Assembly (NCBI GenBank): GCA_037834085.1
Contig: JBBMKC010201716.1
Span: 1 to 35,716, forward strand
Reading direction: 5' to 3'
Origin: Bipalium vagum
Taxonomy: Eukaryota
Length of the DNA: 35,716 nt
This document shows, piece after piece, positions 11,417 to 22,060 of this stretch (its first letter is position 1; each line of letters opens with the position of its first letter). The position numbers and the translations under genes were made by a program. The notes under the pieces were generated by a model that searched no databases, was not told the origin of the DNA, and saw only the letters and a list, made by a program, of their open reading frames with translations.

Positions 11417-12177
11417 ATTATTATTAACTAAACTCTTCTGAATAAGCGCTCGAAGCTTTTCGAGAATCAAATAGTTTTATTTTTTTATTTTTAAAATTTA
11501 CACAGCCGCTAGCTGGTAAATTGCTGAGGACTTTTGAGCATTAAACTAAGTTTGTGCCAAAAAATTCTGTACTTGATAATTCCATAACGAGTTTAATTGT
11601 AAAATCAGATTTGCAAATAAATATTTTGAAACAATTTGTGTTATCTCAGTTCATTAAAATTCTTATTTGATCGTTTATTGTGACAGTGATTTTTATTTTT
11701 GTGCCTGAACGTTCATCCGTAAATTCTTCTGATATTAAATACTTTGTTAAGTAACCTAAAGGCCCAATTTCGATATTTTTAACTAAGAATCAGTCACTTT
11801 TTAAGAACGTAACATATTTATTCAATTAAATTTCAATATCTGGTCCAGAGTTATACCCATAATTATTATTCAATGACACTTAGGTTAAATAAGCTGAAAC
11901 ACGAAATAAACAGGTTCAAATCATGAACGTCAAAATTTGGACGATATGGAACTCATTACGTCTTTAAATGTTGTAGTAGAAAGGTATTTTGTTATTGTCC
12001 AAAATTGTCAATAATTTCTTTGTGAAAATTTTTACTATAGTGAACGTAATCAGAACAAGGAGATTTGAATTTTTAGCTAATTTTTGAATTATAATGTGAT
12101 ATTTTTATTAATATTAAACATTTTAATTATAATTTAAATAAATTATATACAGTTATATACATATATATCAGTATATA

Positions 12178-12335
12178 CTATGCTTTTCCGTTCTAAGCTG
12201 CGGCTTATTAGAAAATATTTTTTTAATTATAAGCTTATAAAAGAAGTGCGAGTTATTAAAGACCTTTTATGAAACATAATAAGTTTATAAAAATGCACCT
12301 AATTAGAAGAAGCGCCTTATAACGGAAACCTATGG
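12178..12335. mobile_element. pogo-type MITE (about 158 bp)
   Basis: TA|CTATGCTTTTCCGTTCTAAG versus reverse end TA|CCATAGGTTTCCGTTATAAG. TA on both sides, with internal GCGGCTTAT/GCGCCTTAT motifs typical of pogo-derived MITEs. Confidence 0.65.
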
Positions 12336-12409
12336 TACTTTATTTTAAATGCTATAATAAAAGATAAATATTAATAAAATATTAAATTATAAGTAATTGA
12401 ATTTAATAA

Positions 12410-12520
12410 TAGTACTATTACTAATAATAATAGTAATAATTATTATTATTATTTAATAATTATTAATATAATAATTATAATAGTAATAATAATAATAATT
12501 ATAATTATTATTATTATAAA
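12410..12520 (+). repeat. Degenerate (AAT)/(ATT) low-complexity tract
   Basis: Mixed AAT/ATT triplet runs. Confidence 0.8.
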
Positions 12521-12649
12521 TTTAACTTAAATTTTATTTTTATCATTTTTTTGGACTTTTAAAGTCTTTTCATATTTAACTTTATCTTTAGATTTAATTT
12601 TAATATTTTCAACTTCAATACTGACAAATTTTCTTTTACAACCTCCAAT

Positions 12650-13814
12650 GTTGAGATAGCCATTACTGTACTATCAACCGTTTTCAGTCTTATTGTTGCT
12701 ATAATGGATCTTGTTCCTGATTATCATAAGAGAAACTTGTTGTCAACTATTTTGTGATCTCTTTACTAATTAGATTTGAACGTACAGAGTAATCTATCAT
12801 GTACTTCTCCTTGAATGTCTATCTGACTTCAGTTAAAAATTTTGATCAATGCTGATAATTGATATTCATCTTTTTGATGTCCTGTATTTTCTTCTTATAA
12901 TTTTTTTCCCTGCTTCATTAGCCTATAATCAGTAGAATTACACCACTGTTTACAATTGTACAATAGATGGTAAAGGAATGCATATGGATCTTTAATATGT
13001 TTAGCAATTTTTTTCTGTTAACAAGTTTTTATTGAAATATATATTTTTTAATTAAATTATTCTTTTATTTAGAATGTATTTAATAAATATATTTAGTTCC
13101 GCATTCCATTGATAAAACAAACTTTCAGAAATGTCAGAAGTCATACATGTATTACCATTATTATGGTAAGAAATAGGAAATTCCTTAATACCACGAAAAC
13201 AGAGCGGGTTTTTTGATTTACCAATCACCAAAAGAGGACCTCTTTCACTACTCATACTAGCACAGATCAACACTGTTATGCGATCCTTAGACATTTTTCC
13301 ACCAGACATTTGACTTTCTTTAAAAGTATGAGACCCATTCGGTTGGGCACGCCAGTAAATTCCTGTATTATCTGCTTTATATATATCATCTGGATTATAT
13401 CTCAGTAATAATTGACTGACAACAGAATAATTTGCATAAAATTTTTCACCATGATATCTTTTATACACTATACCGTTGAGTTTCGTCCATCTTTCAAGCC
13501 AACCATTAGTAGCAGAAAAATCATTAATATTTAAATCATAAATATTAAATAAATTAACAAAAGATAATAAACTTGTATGATTTCATTAACTAAAAATTAT
13601 CCAAAATATGTATTATTAAAACAATAAGAAAAAAATGTGATATAATCAGGTTTTAGTACATAAACTGTAGCACATTTTCGTGATATTATCCCGTATTTTG
13701 ATATTAACCGAAGTGATATAAAACAGTTTAAAACATTAAATTTACATGCCGATTGGCAGTTGGTTTTCAGTGCACCATGATATTATCCGATGTGATATTA
13801 AGTGGGTTTGACTG
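12650..13814 (-). mobile_element. Decayed pogo/Tigger element with 5' TIR
   Basis: 5' end TA|CAGTCAAACCCACTTAATATCA at 13814 with repeated GATATTA(T/A) subterminal motifs. Translation: DFSATNGWLERW...YHGE; DDIYKADNTGIYWRAQP; GGKMSKDRITVLICASMS; LLVIGKSKNPLCFRG. The 3' boundary is approximate. Confidence 0.9.
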
Positions 13815-16071
13815 TAATTTAAATGTATTTTTCTTTTAAGATAATTATTAAAATTAATAGTTTGATGATGTTTATTGTTTGTATTTTTATTTACTATTGA
13901 AAAGATGAATAATTTAAAATATTTCAAGGTCATTATTTGGTTGAATGATTTAAAATTCATAATTCACAATTTGTAATAATCCACTTAACATATGGAATAA
14001 TAAAAAGTGATAAATATGAAATTATTATTATGAAAGAAATGCCATAAATTAAATTTTATTAATAATAATAAATGTACATACTCAACCTATTCGAATAGGC
14101 AAGAAGAAATGAACTGGTTAATGAAATTTTAAAATATTTGATTATATCAGATTCTGGAAATTATAATAATTTATTTTGCAATTATTCTATACACATTTAT
14201 CTTAAATAATAATAAAAATAATAATCATAATTAATATCAATTAATTATTCCAAATCATTATTGCTATCAATTATATTAATTATTTGATTTATGGGTTTTA
14301 TTATTTTCATTTCATTATTGATTTTTATTTTATTATTCCACTTTAATTACACGAAAAAATCTCATTATTCTTAAAAAATAAGAAATATCTTGTTTAATTA
14401 AAAATAAAATCAATCTTAAGGGTTTCTTCTATTTAAACAATTTAAATGAGTGATTTTTTAATATTGACTTATTAAACCATAAATGAAATCTTAATTAGAT
14501 TTTTAATATTATATGAAAATTTTGAAAATCAAAACTCCCAGCTTACAATTATTTTAATCAAATTTCTCCCAATTGTTTTAATTGATTAACTGAGGAAAAT
14601 ATAATTTATCCAATTTTTCTATTATTTAAAATACTTTATTATTTTCCTTTTATAATAATTTAGATGCGTCTTAAAATTTGTATATTGCTATATATTAATT
14701 AAAATTATTCAAATATATATATATATAATTAAATAAATTTCTCAATGTAAGAGATATAACAAATTTTAATGACAGAAAACGTTCATAATGAAAATCAAAG
14801 ATAAAATGCATGCCAAATGGTAAAAGGTAACTTTGACACAACAGTCTTTAACCCACTTATTTTTTGTGAGTAAAGATCAGAAAAATTAATGATTTTCTTC
14901 TAATTCCAACACCGTTGAAAATAGACAAAAGATTTTTAATAAAAATTAACAAAATTTTATTTTTGGAGAGTTTGTTTCCTTCAGTTATTTGATTTCTCTT
15001 GAAACAGTGTCATTTTGTCTTCAACTGAATTCTGTCTATTTTGAAATTTATTGAATGTTTAACTAGGAAAACCTCTTTATTTTTCTACCTCTACATGTTT
15101 GAAAACCCTTTGATGCTTCCCTTCGATTTATATATCATCGATTTCATATCATCTGTAATGGGAGAATATTTCGTAACAATTATTTTCTGTTTTTTTCAAT
15201 GAATTATGTTACATTTTTGTTTTATTCTGTAGCAATATATAAATGTTTCTATTATAATACTTTTGATAGACTTGTAAATAATGAATTAATGTTGTAGAAG
15301 TTTAAAGAGGTTTACAGAGATGATATTCTACCAATTTTATTCTTAAATCGCTACGTACCTTAAAACAATTTAATAAAAATTATTTTAAAATAATTTTAAA
15401 AATATATTAAAATAATCAAATAATTATTATCAATATTATATTTTTGTTTGAATTAAGAGCCTTACTTTTTAATACGAACAAACAATGAAAAAAACATTAT
15501 ATTTTCAATAAATTATCTTCGATATAAACAAGGAATTAATTTATTAAAAAAATTAAAATAATTTTAATTTCTTAATCTGTTTTTAATTTCTGAGATCAAC
15601 TATTAAAATATCTGGGATGAAACAATAATAATGGATTTTGTCGGATCATTATTATATCCATAAAGAAATCTATTTCAACATTGAAAAATGAGTTTTGTTT
15701 TATTTCATTGTTTAATTAATTCTTCATTAAAAAATACCAAATATTCGACAATTAATCTGTCAAACTCACAATTTCTGTTGCTGTTGTTTTAATTAGAATT
15801 CCATTTATTTAATAAATTAATTAATATTGTTATGGTAATTTTCATCCGAAATTAAATAGTTGGCCTTGTGCAGCCTCAATTTAAAATGAATTAGAATATT
15901 AAATAGGAAAATGTCAATAAATCAATTTTTAATAACCACACAAATTCGAGCGATAAATATTTTTTAGATTAATTTTCTGACAAAACCGTTTATAAAAAAT
16001 AATAAATTGACATTGGAAAAAAGATTTCCATGAGAAACGTAGAAAAAATAAAAAAAAGAATTATTATTTAC

Positions 16072-16602
16072 CTGACAGTGAATGATTAGGTCTTCTAATT
16101 TATGGCCGAGCGCTACATAAGACCTATTCGGTACGCTCTCTAAATAAGCACCCATATTCATAAAGCTTGATGACCGTTCATAGTTTTCAGTGAGATTTTG
16201 ACGAAAATAATGCTCAACAGCGTACCTATTAATGCTATGGGCGAACTCGCGAGGGGTTTTTATTTTAAATTTATCCAGAATTTTCAAGATATTTCTCGTC
16301 ATCGGTCTAAAATTACATACCGTCAATGACGGAAACGGAGCTTTGCTTTCGCTTAGAATTCGCGGAGGATGAATTACATTATATTCTAGAAACTGCAAGC
16401 ATAGAAATATTATACAAACAATAAAGCCGATGAATAAAAATATAAAAAATGTTAGCCATAAATAACGAATATGAGTTTTACGTGATTTTACAATTCTTGG
16501 AACCCCTCTGATTGTTGTATTTTCACAGAACCGTAAAAATTCTTCTTTATAAATGGTTTTAAAATTTATTATTAAACCTTCTTCAACGTTTGTATTATTC
16601 AT
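16072..16602 (-). CDS. First coding exon (177 aa) of a DEG/ENaC-family amiloride-sensitive sodium channel (FaNaC/ASIC-like)
   Basis: Translation has pre-TM1 FCENTTIRGVPRI (family F..TT.HG..RI), hydrophobic TM1 YLWLTFFIFLFIGFIVCIIFLCLQFLEY, post-TM1 FPSLTVCNFRP (family FPAVTxCN) and GHKLEDLIIHC. An in-frame TAA lies 3 codons upstream of the ATG. A phase-0 donor CAG|GTAAAT sits at 16072/16071, after which the ORF turns into AT-rich intron-like sequence. Confidence 0.92.
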
Positions 16603-17257
16603 GGGAAATTACGTTTGGTAGATTAAATCAGGAGAAAATTATTGAAAATATAAATTCTCCTGAACAATATTTTCGTCCAATCAAATTTAGAGAAATAAAA
16701 CCAATGATAGTTTTATAATTTTCCCATCTTTTTTAGTTATTTTTGAATAAGAAAAAATTACTTGTTTATTATTGAAATTTTTATTGACTATGTTGTCTTT
16801 TGAAGTTTATAAGGATCTTCAGGTGACAAAAGGGTTAAATTATAATTAAATAATATCTATTTAAAAAAAGTTGAATGTTTTTATTGAATTATTAATAATT
16901 AATTATTAATTAATCTTACAAATAATATATGATATCAAATTAATTTATTCATTGAGCCACAAATTTTAGCTCATTTTTGTAAAAGCCGGTATCATACTAA
17001 TACACTAATATATTTTATACACGTCTTTCCTTGCCATCGAAAAATAACAGATTTTCCATTTAATTTCTTTGTCTAAGAAATCAAAACAATCTAAAGATAA
17101 AAAATCAATTTCAGATTATAATATGTTTTGAAAATACAAAGGTTCAATATTGTAACAACCAAATTGTTTTATCAAAATGCCAAATAATTTTAGAGTGTAC
17201 GTATACAGATTATAAAAGAAAAAACCTTTAAAAATTTGATATAATCAAATCTTAATA

Positions 17258-17680
17258 CGAGGATGGATTGATAAGTTAACTACCTGACAAACTGTTGTCG
17301 ACAGAAAAATAAAATAAACGGTGTTCTTGAGAAGCACAATCAACCAATTGAATAAGATAAGATTGTTATATTAATTCATTTGTTAAGTTTTTGTTTAAAT
17401 CATTTGAAATAATCAATTTTTTAATTCTATTTAAAATGAAGGAAAATGAATTTTGTATAGCAATTAAACAGTACTTTTAAACAATTAAAACGGCCAAAAA
17501 AACACCAATATAGCTCAAGAAATATTACGGTGAATCTGGTTATTAACAATTCACTAAAACCTTGAATGTATGTGTATTTTTGAGCCATATTTGATAATGT
17601 TCAAATAATAAATAATAAATAATATTTATCCTATTCAATAAGAATTGGTTACACCACTAAATCCCTGAGACAAGGAATGA
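17258..17680 (+). mobile_element. Mariner 5' remnant with internal deletion
   Basis: TA|CGAGGATGGATTGATAAGT TIR; MKENEFCIAIKQYF*TIKTAKKTPI*LKKYYGESG; later WLHH*IPET (cf. WIHHYTPET). Confidence 0.8.
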
Positions 17681-18602
17681 AATGTTTTCATTTTTCTATT
17701 CATTACATATAGCATAAAAGGAGATTTATTGATAAAATCTCGAAAGAATATTTTTTCCTTAATATTTTTGAAATTATTGGTTTTTCATTCCAACATTTAC
17801 TTATTTCTTTCATGGTAATTCAGTGATTCTGGTTTATTATATAGTTTGAGTTACATTAACTAATTCATAATTTATAATAGAAATTATCTTTAATACCTCC
17901 TTCTGAACTTTTCTTTATTACCCTGACACCTCTTATGAGCTGTATTTTCTCTTTATTCATTAAATAAGGAGATCAATATAATTTTAAATTATGTAAACGT
18001 CAGCAGGCACATATTGATGAAAGTAAGTGCTTATTTTTATTTTTTTATCTAAATGCGAAAAAATAATTATTTTTTGAAATATTGACAGTACCAAGTTTCT
18101 CAAAGAACTTGAGTTATGAAGTTTAGTCATTTGGCTGGGTTTTCTTGGTTTTCTTGTTTGTTATTACCATCTGAAATTTCTGATTTACATGGTTCTTAGA
18201 GCCATTAATCCAGTGCCCCCTGGGCTATGTTCTGTCAATGAAGCAATATTGGGCATGTGTCCAATTGTCTTTAAATTTCGATTCAATGCTTATTCGTTGA
18301 GATAATCCGCTTGATTCCCGGCATTATTTTTTTCAGCTCAATCTCATGAAATATCATTTTTGACTGCCTGACAATCATTTAGGCAGCCAATTTATGAAAT
18401 ACTTAATTATGTCATGTCTTACATATAATGATAATAATAATAAAAAAAATAAAAATGATGGTAATAGTTCATTTCATTTTTATGTGAACGTTTTGTAAAT
18501 CTTTTGCTTGCTTTCCTCTCATTAAAAAATTTAATTCTTGATTCAAATTTATCATATTTAATGATTCTAAGATCATATAACTGAAATTACACAATATCGG
18601 TA

Positions 18603-19450
18603 CATGTTGTGTAAAAAGTCAGTTCACCCCATATAATATATATATATTTTTATATATATTTCGATTTAGTTAAAATTATTTGTTTAAATATTTAGTGATA
18701 GTGTAAGTCATTATAATATATTTTGAAATGATACATAATTACATGGTTTTAGACCAATATAATGTCTAGAAATTTAACAGTATTTGTTGCATAATATGGT
18801 ATATATGTATTAAGGAATAATGGAAAATCTTGGACAGAAATACTTAGTTAGCTCATGAATTGTATGAAAACTACAGCCAAATGCGACATGCAATATGTAT
18901 TGAAGAAACATCTAAAAACAGAATCCAAGCGAGATAAGATGAGAAATGGCAGAGCAACTATTGTTTCACCCCAATCTTCACGGGCTATAAGACTAATTTA
19001 CAAAGCCAATCGCTTATAAGCTGTCCATAATATTACCCTTATGTACAATACAAGTTCTGTCCAAAATCTATCTATCAGTACAGTCCAGAAAATTATGAAA
19101 TAGTACGTTTTTTGAAGTTATGCAGCAATTAAGAAGCCATACTTGAAAATGCATCAACGTCTAGGAAGACTTTCGTGGGTCAAGACACACGGTTCTTGGG
19201 ATGCAGATAAATGGAGAAATTTGGTATTCAGCGACGATTGTTTCTTTCAGTAATATTTGTCAGCAAATAAATTATTGATTCAAAAACCGCATTGGAAAAG
19301 TACAACTCTGCCTTAAACCAACCAGTTATTGGACATGGTGCATTCATACATGTCTAGTGCTGCTTCAACAGTAATGAAGTTGGATTTCTGAAAAGAACCA
19401 ATGGGAATATGAATGCCGAGAGATATCAAAAACAGATACTTCATGACATG
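18603..19450 (+). mobile_element. Decayed Tc1-family transposon (5' two-thirds)
   Basis: TA|CATGTTGTGTAAAAAGTCAGTTCACCCC TIR-like start; GKSWTEI...RNGRATIVS; KKPYLKMHQRLGRLSWVKTHGSWDADKWRNLVFSDD; VGFLKRTNGNMNAERYQKQIL. Confidence 0.88.
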
Positions 19451-20149
19451 TAGTACTGATATATGATTTGCAAAGTCCCTTCTGTCTTATAATAACTTCA
19501 AAACTAATAAAACCAAATTAAAGTAAGTTTCATTTTCAGAGTTCATGAAAATGTTCAGGCAATACTGACAAAGCTTCAAATCAATTTAGAGAAAGGTATC
19601 CAGCTGAATTTTTGTTTTCTTCATATTTTTGGATGCCTGATTACACGAATTTGTGAAAGTACAAACCCTGATCAGGTGCCATATGACTTTATATTTTACT
19701 GATGGCATTGTTATTTTGCTCGACGAAGGACCATATAATCTGATACTTTCGTGTAATACAATAACAGATCTTTGCTCTAATTTTCTTTTCTATTTTATCC
19801 AGATTCATCATTTAATAAATTAAATTAAATAAATCATCTTTAAAATTTGGAATAAAAAGAAAGTATAGGCTTTTATATAATAAAGATGGATAAGTAACTG
19901 GATCCACAAACGAAGGGTTATAAACCGAGTAACAGAAATGAATCATTTTTCGTCCTCATTAATGCGTTTCCAGGGGGTACCATTCAGCTTCTATAACCGA
20001 AGTGCCTAATTTAGTTAATTATTTTAATTAACTGATCTGGAACCGATTAACATTAAATGCTTTTATAGAATTTTTTGAAATTGAATATATTTTACAGACT
20101 TATCAAAGTTCGTAATAAATTAATATTGTCCAGCTTTTATTTTCGAATT

Positions 20150-20450
20150 TTGTATTCACTAATTCTTGAAACGACATAATCTTCCATCCTTTGTACTTGA
20201 ACACTTCCTTCAAATCTTCTATCAGAATAGTTTTTAGTGAAATGCTTTCATTAGACAATCTTCAAAATCTTGTGATTCGTCTTCGGAAGCACAAATATCC
20301 TTTACCTTTAAGCGATCAATCCACTAACAAATATACTTTTCTCTTTCCTTTTCACATCAAGAGAAATAGATTTTTGGTGCAGCCTTTTATAAACTTCTTT
20401 ATACCTTAAAATTCCAATGTATTATTCTTCTAGAGTTAGGTCCATTGATT
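20150..20450 (-). mobile_element. Probable Gypsy-like gag N-terminal relic
   Basis: Frameshifted pieces KKFIKGCTK / EKSIFVSGLI / QDFEDCLMKAF / ILIEDLKEVFKY, similar in style to the relic at 83-388. Confidence 0.4.
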
Positions 20451-20592
20451 CTATAATTCTTAAGTTATAACTGGTTTCGGTCAATCGGATTCATATACAG
20501 TAGAGCAGACAATAATGTTTACTTCACAATAAATTATTTTATTATATCTTATTAATATATAACATTTATAAGTTCACTTCATTAACTTAATA

Positions 20593-21344
20593 TTGGGTTG
20601 TCCAATAATAAATGAGATTTTTAAGAAAACTTTATTTTACAAAAATAACAACCCATCAATCATCAAAGTACAGTCCGTATTAGATAACACCTTTGTCTTT
20701 CAATCAGATATTTTTCGAATTTGGTCAAAGTATCAACTTTGGCTTAGAAGTATAAAAGTCACTACATGCCACTTCCACTTGCTCAACATTGTTAAAACGC
20801 TTCCACCTCTTAGAAAGTGTTGCATTACCGGAACAAGCCATAATCTCTTGGGGAACAAGATGGATCTGTAAGATGGATATGACAAAACTTTCAATTCATA
20901 CAGGTCTTTGTATTTTTTACGTTAATTTCTTATGGTGAGCGATCGGGTGTTATCCTATCGATACACATTGTTCATTGAGATAACGACTGAGTAATTTCTC
21001 ATGAACACAGTTGAGTTGCTCGCAGAAGAAGAATGAGCTCAAAACGAATAACTCTCTCAAAATTCCAACCGATAGAAAGCATCAGTTTTTTGGTTGACAG
21101 ATCAGGTTTTTCATCTAGTAAACTTTGTATTTTTTACAAAATTTACAAAACAATTAATTTTTCATGATCTTTGAAGATTTGTTTAAAGTTTACTTTCGAT
21201 TTTTTGATTTTTAATTAATATACAATTAGATAGAGTATGAAATACTTTTTCAAATGAAAAATGCTATACGTTATTGTCCATATTTAATGCTTATAGGCAG
21301 AAATTATTAGTAAAAAATACGTCACTTATTATGAGACAACCTAA
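20593..21344 (-). mobile_element. Internally deleted mariner with both TIRs (752 bp)
   Basis: TA|TTGGGTTGTCCAATAATAAATGAG and reverse TA|TTAGGTTGTCTCATAATAAGTGAC. C-terminal pieces PYPSY...PRDYGLFR, FNNVEQVEVACSDF-like and GLYFDD*. Confidence 0.88.
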
Positions 21345-21439
21345 TACTTAAATAAATTATACTTCTTAAAAAATCTTTGATTATAATATTTTATAAAATT
21401 ATTTTTATTTATAAATTATATATTTATTTTTAAAATAAA

Positions 21440-22060
21440 CGCATTTCAATAAATGAAAACAAATTTTTTCTAAAACATTTATCATCATGAGACATGTTTC
21501 GAACTACTATTAGTTCATCATCAGTCATTCATATTTGAAACTACACACTTTAATTACCAAAACGACGATTTAATTTTTTCATAATTCTGAATCGTGGAAA
21601 TTATTAATATTTTCTTATTTTAAAAATAATTTTTAAAAAATTAATCCGAGAATACATTGACAATCCATTGGTTTCTACTTTTTCCTGTTTGATCTCTGGG
21701 TGCCGCTCTTTATTTAATAACGATTCGCATATCTTCCGCTCATCGTTATTATCAAAATTATTCATAATTACTCGAAATTCTTCAGCGCTAACTTTACCTT
21801 TTCGAACAGCACAATTCAATAAATGATCTAAAACTTTCCTGCTTAATTGCGAATGTTCACTAATACGTGTTCTGAAGTGACGCTGTCTCCCATGTGTATA
21901 GACTATTACACCCATGATATTTAAATTCATATACTATATATTCGCTTGTAATATTGCAGGTGTTGGCGTTTTAATTTTTAAATAACTTTTTGGTTTGGCT
22001 ACATTGAAAATACTTTTAAATCTTCAAGCTCAACACCTTTTTCTATTATGTTCTTAAATG
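21440..22060 (-). mobile_element. 5'-truncated Penelope-like retroelement: GIY-YIG endonuclease C-terminus plus 3' region with hammerhead
   Basis: Across two frameshifts: KSYLKIKTPTPAILQANI / VYEFKYHGCNSLYTWET / RHFRTRISEH...DHLLNC...ERKICESLLNKERHPEI. This matches the PLE GIY-YIG pattern NVVY.F.C..C...YIGET.RHL.TRI.EH...ESL.I....P.LN. Confidence 0.85.
21487..21528 (-). ncRNA. Minimal type I hammerhead ribozyme (Penelope-associated)
   Basis: Minus strand reads AUGA-CUGAUGA-U-GAACUA-AUAG-UAGUUC-GAAA-CAUG-UC-UCAU. It has a full catalytic core, a perfect 6-bp stem II, a palindromic mini stem III (ACAUGU), a GUC cleavage triplet and a 4-bp stem I (AUGA/UCAU). It lies directly 3' of a GIY-YIG remnant. 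Confidence 0.88.

Noticed and set aside
15303-15358. Possible phase-0 exon 2 after TTGTTTTAAG (VRSDLRIKLVEYHLCKPL*)
   Set aside because: Stop after 18 codons, no NC.TF motif and no strong donor.
15964-16071. C-terminal 35 aa of the 212-aa ORF (VNNNSFFYFFY...)
   Set aside because: It begins exactly at a GTAAAT donor and is low-complexity AT-rich sequence, so it is most likely intron read-through.
4899-17290. The two CGAGGATGG TIRs (4899, 17258) as ends of one large element carrying the channel exon
   Set aside because: They are in direct, not inverted, orientation, and each belongs to its own mariner fragment.
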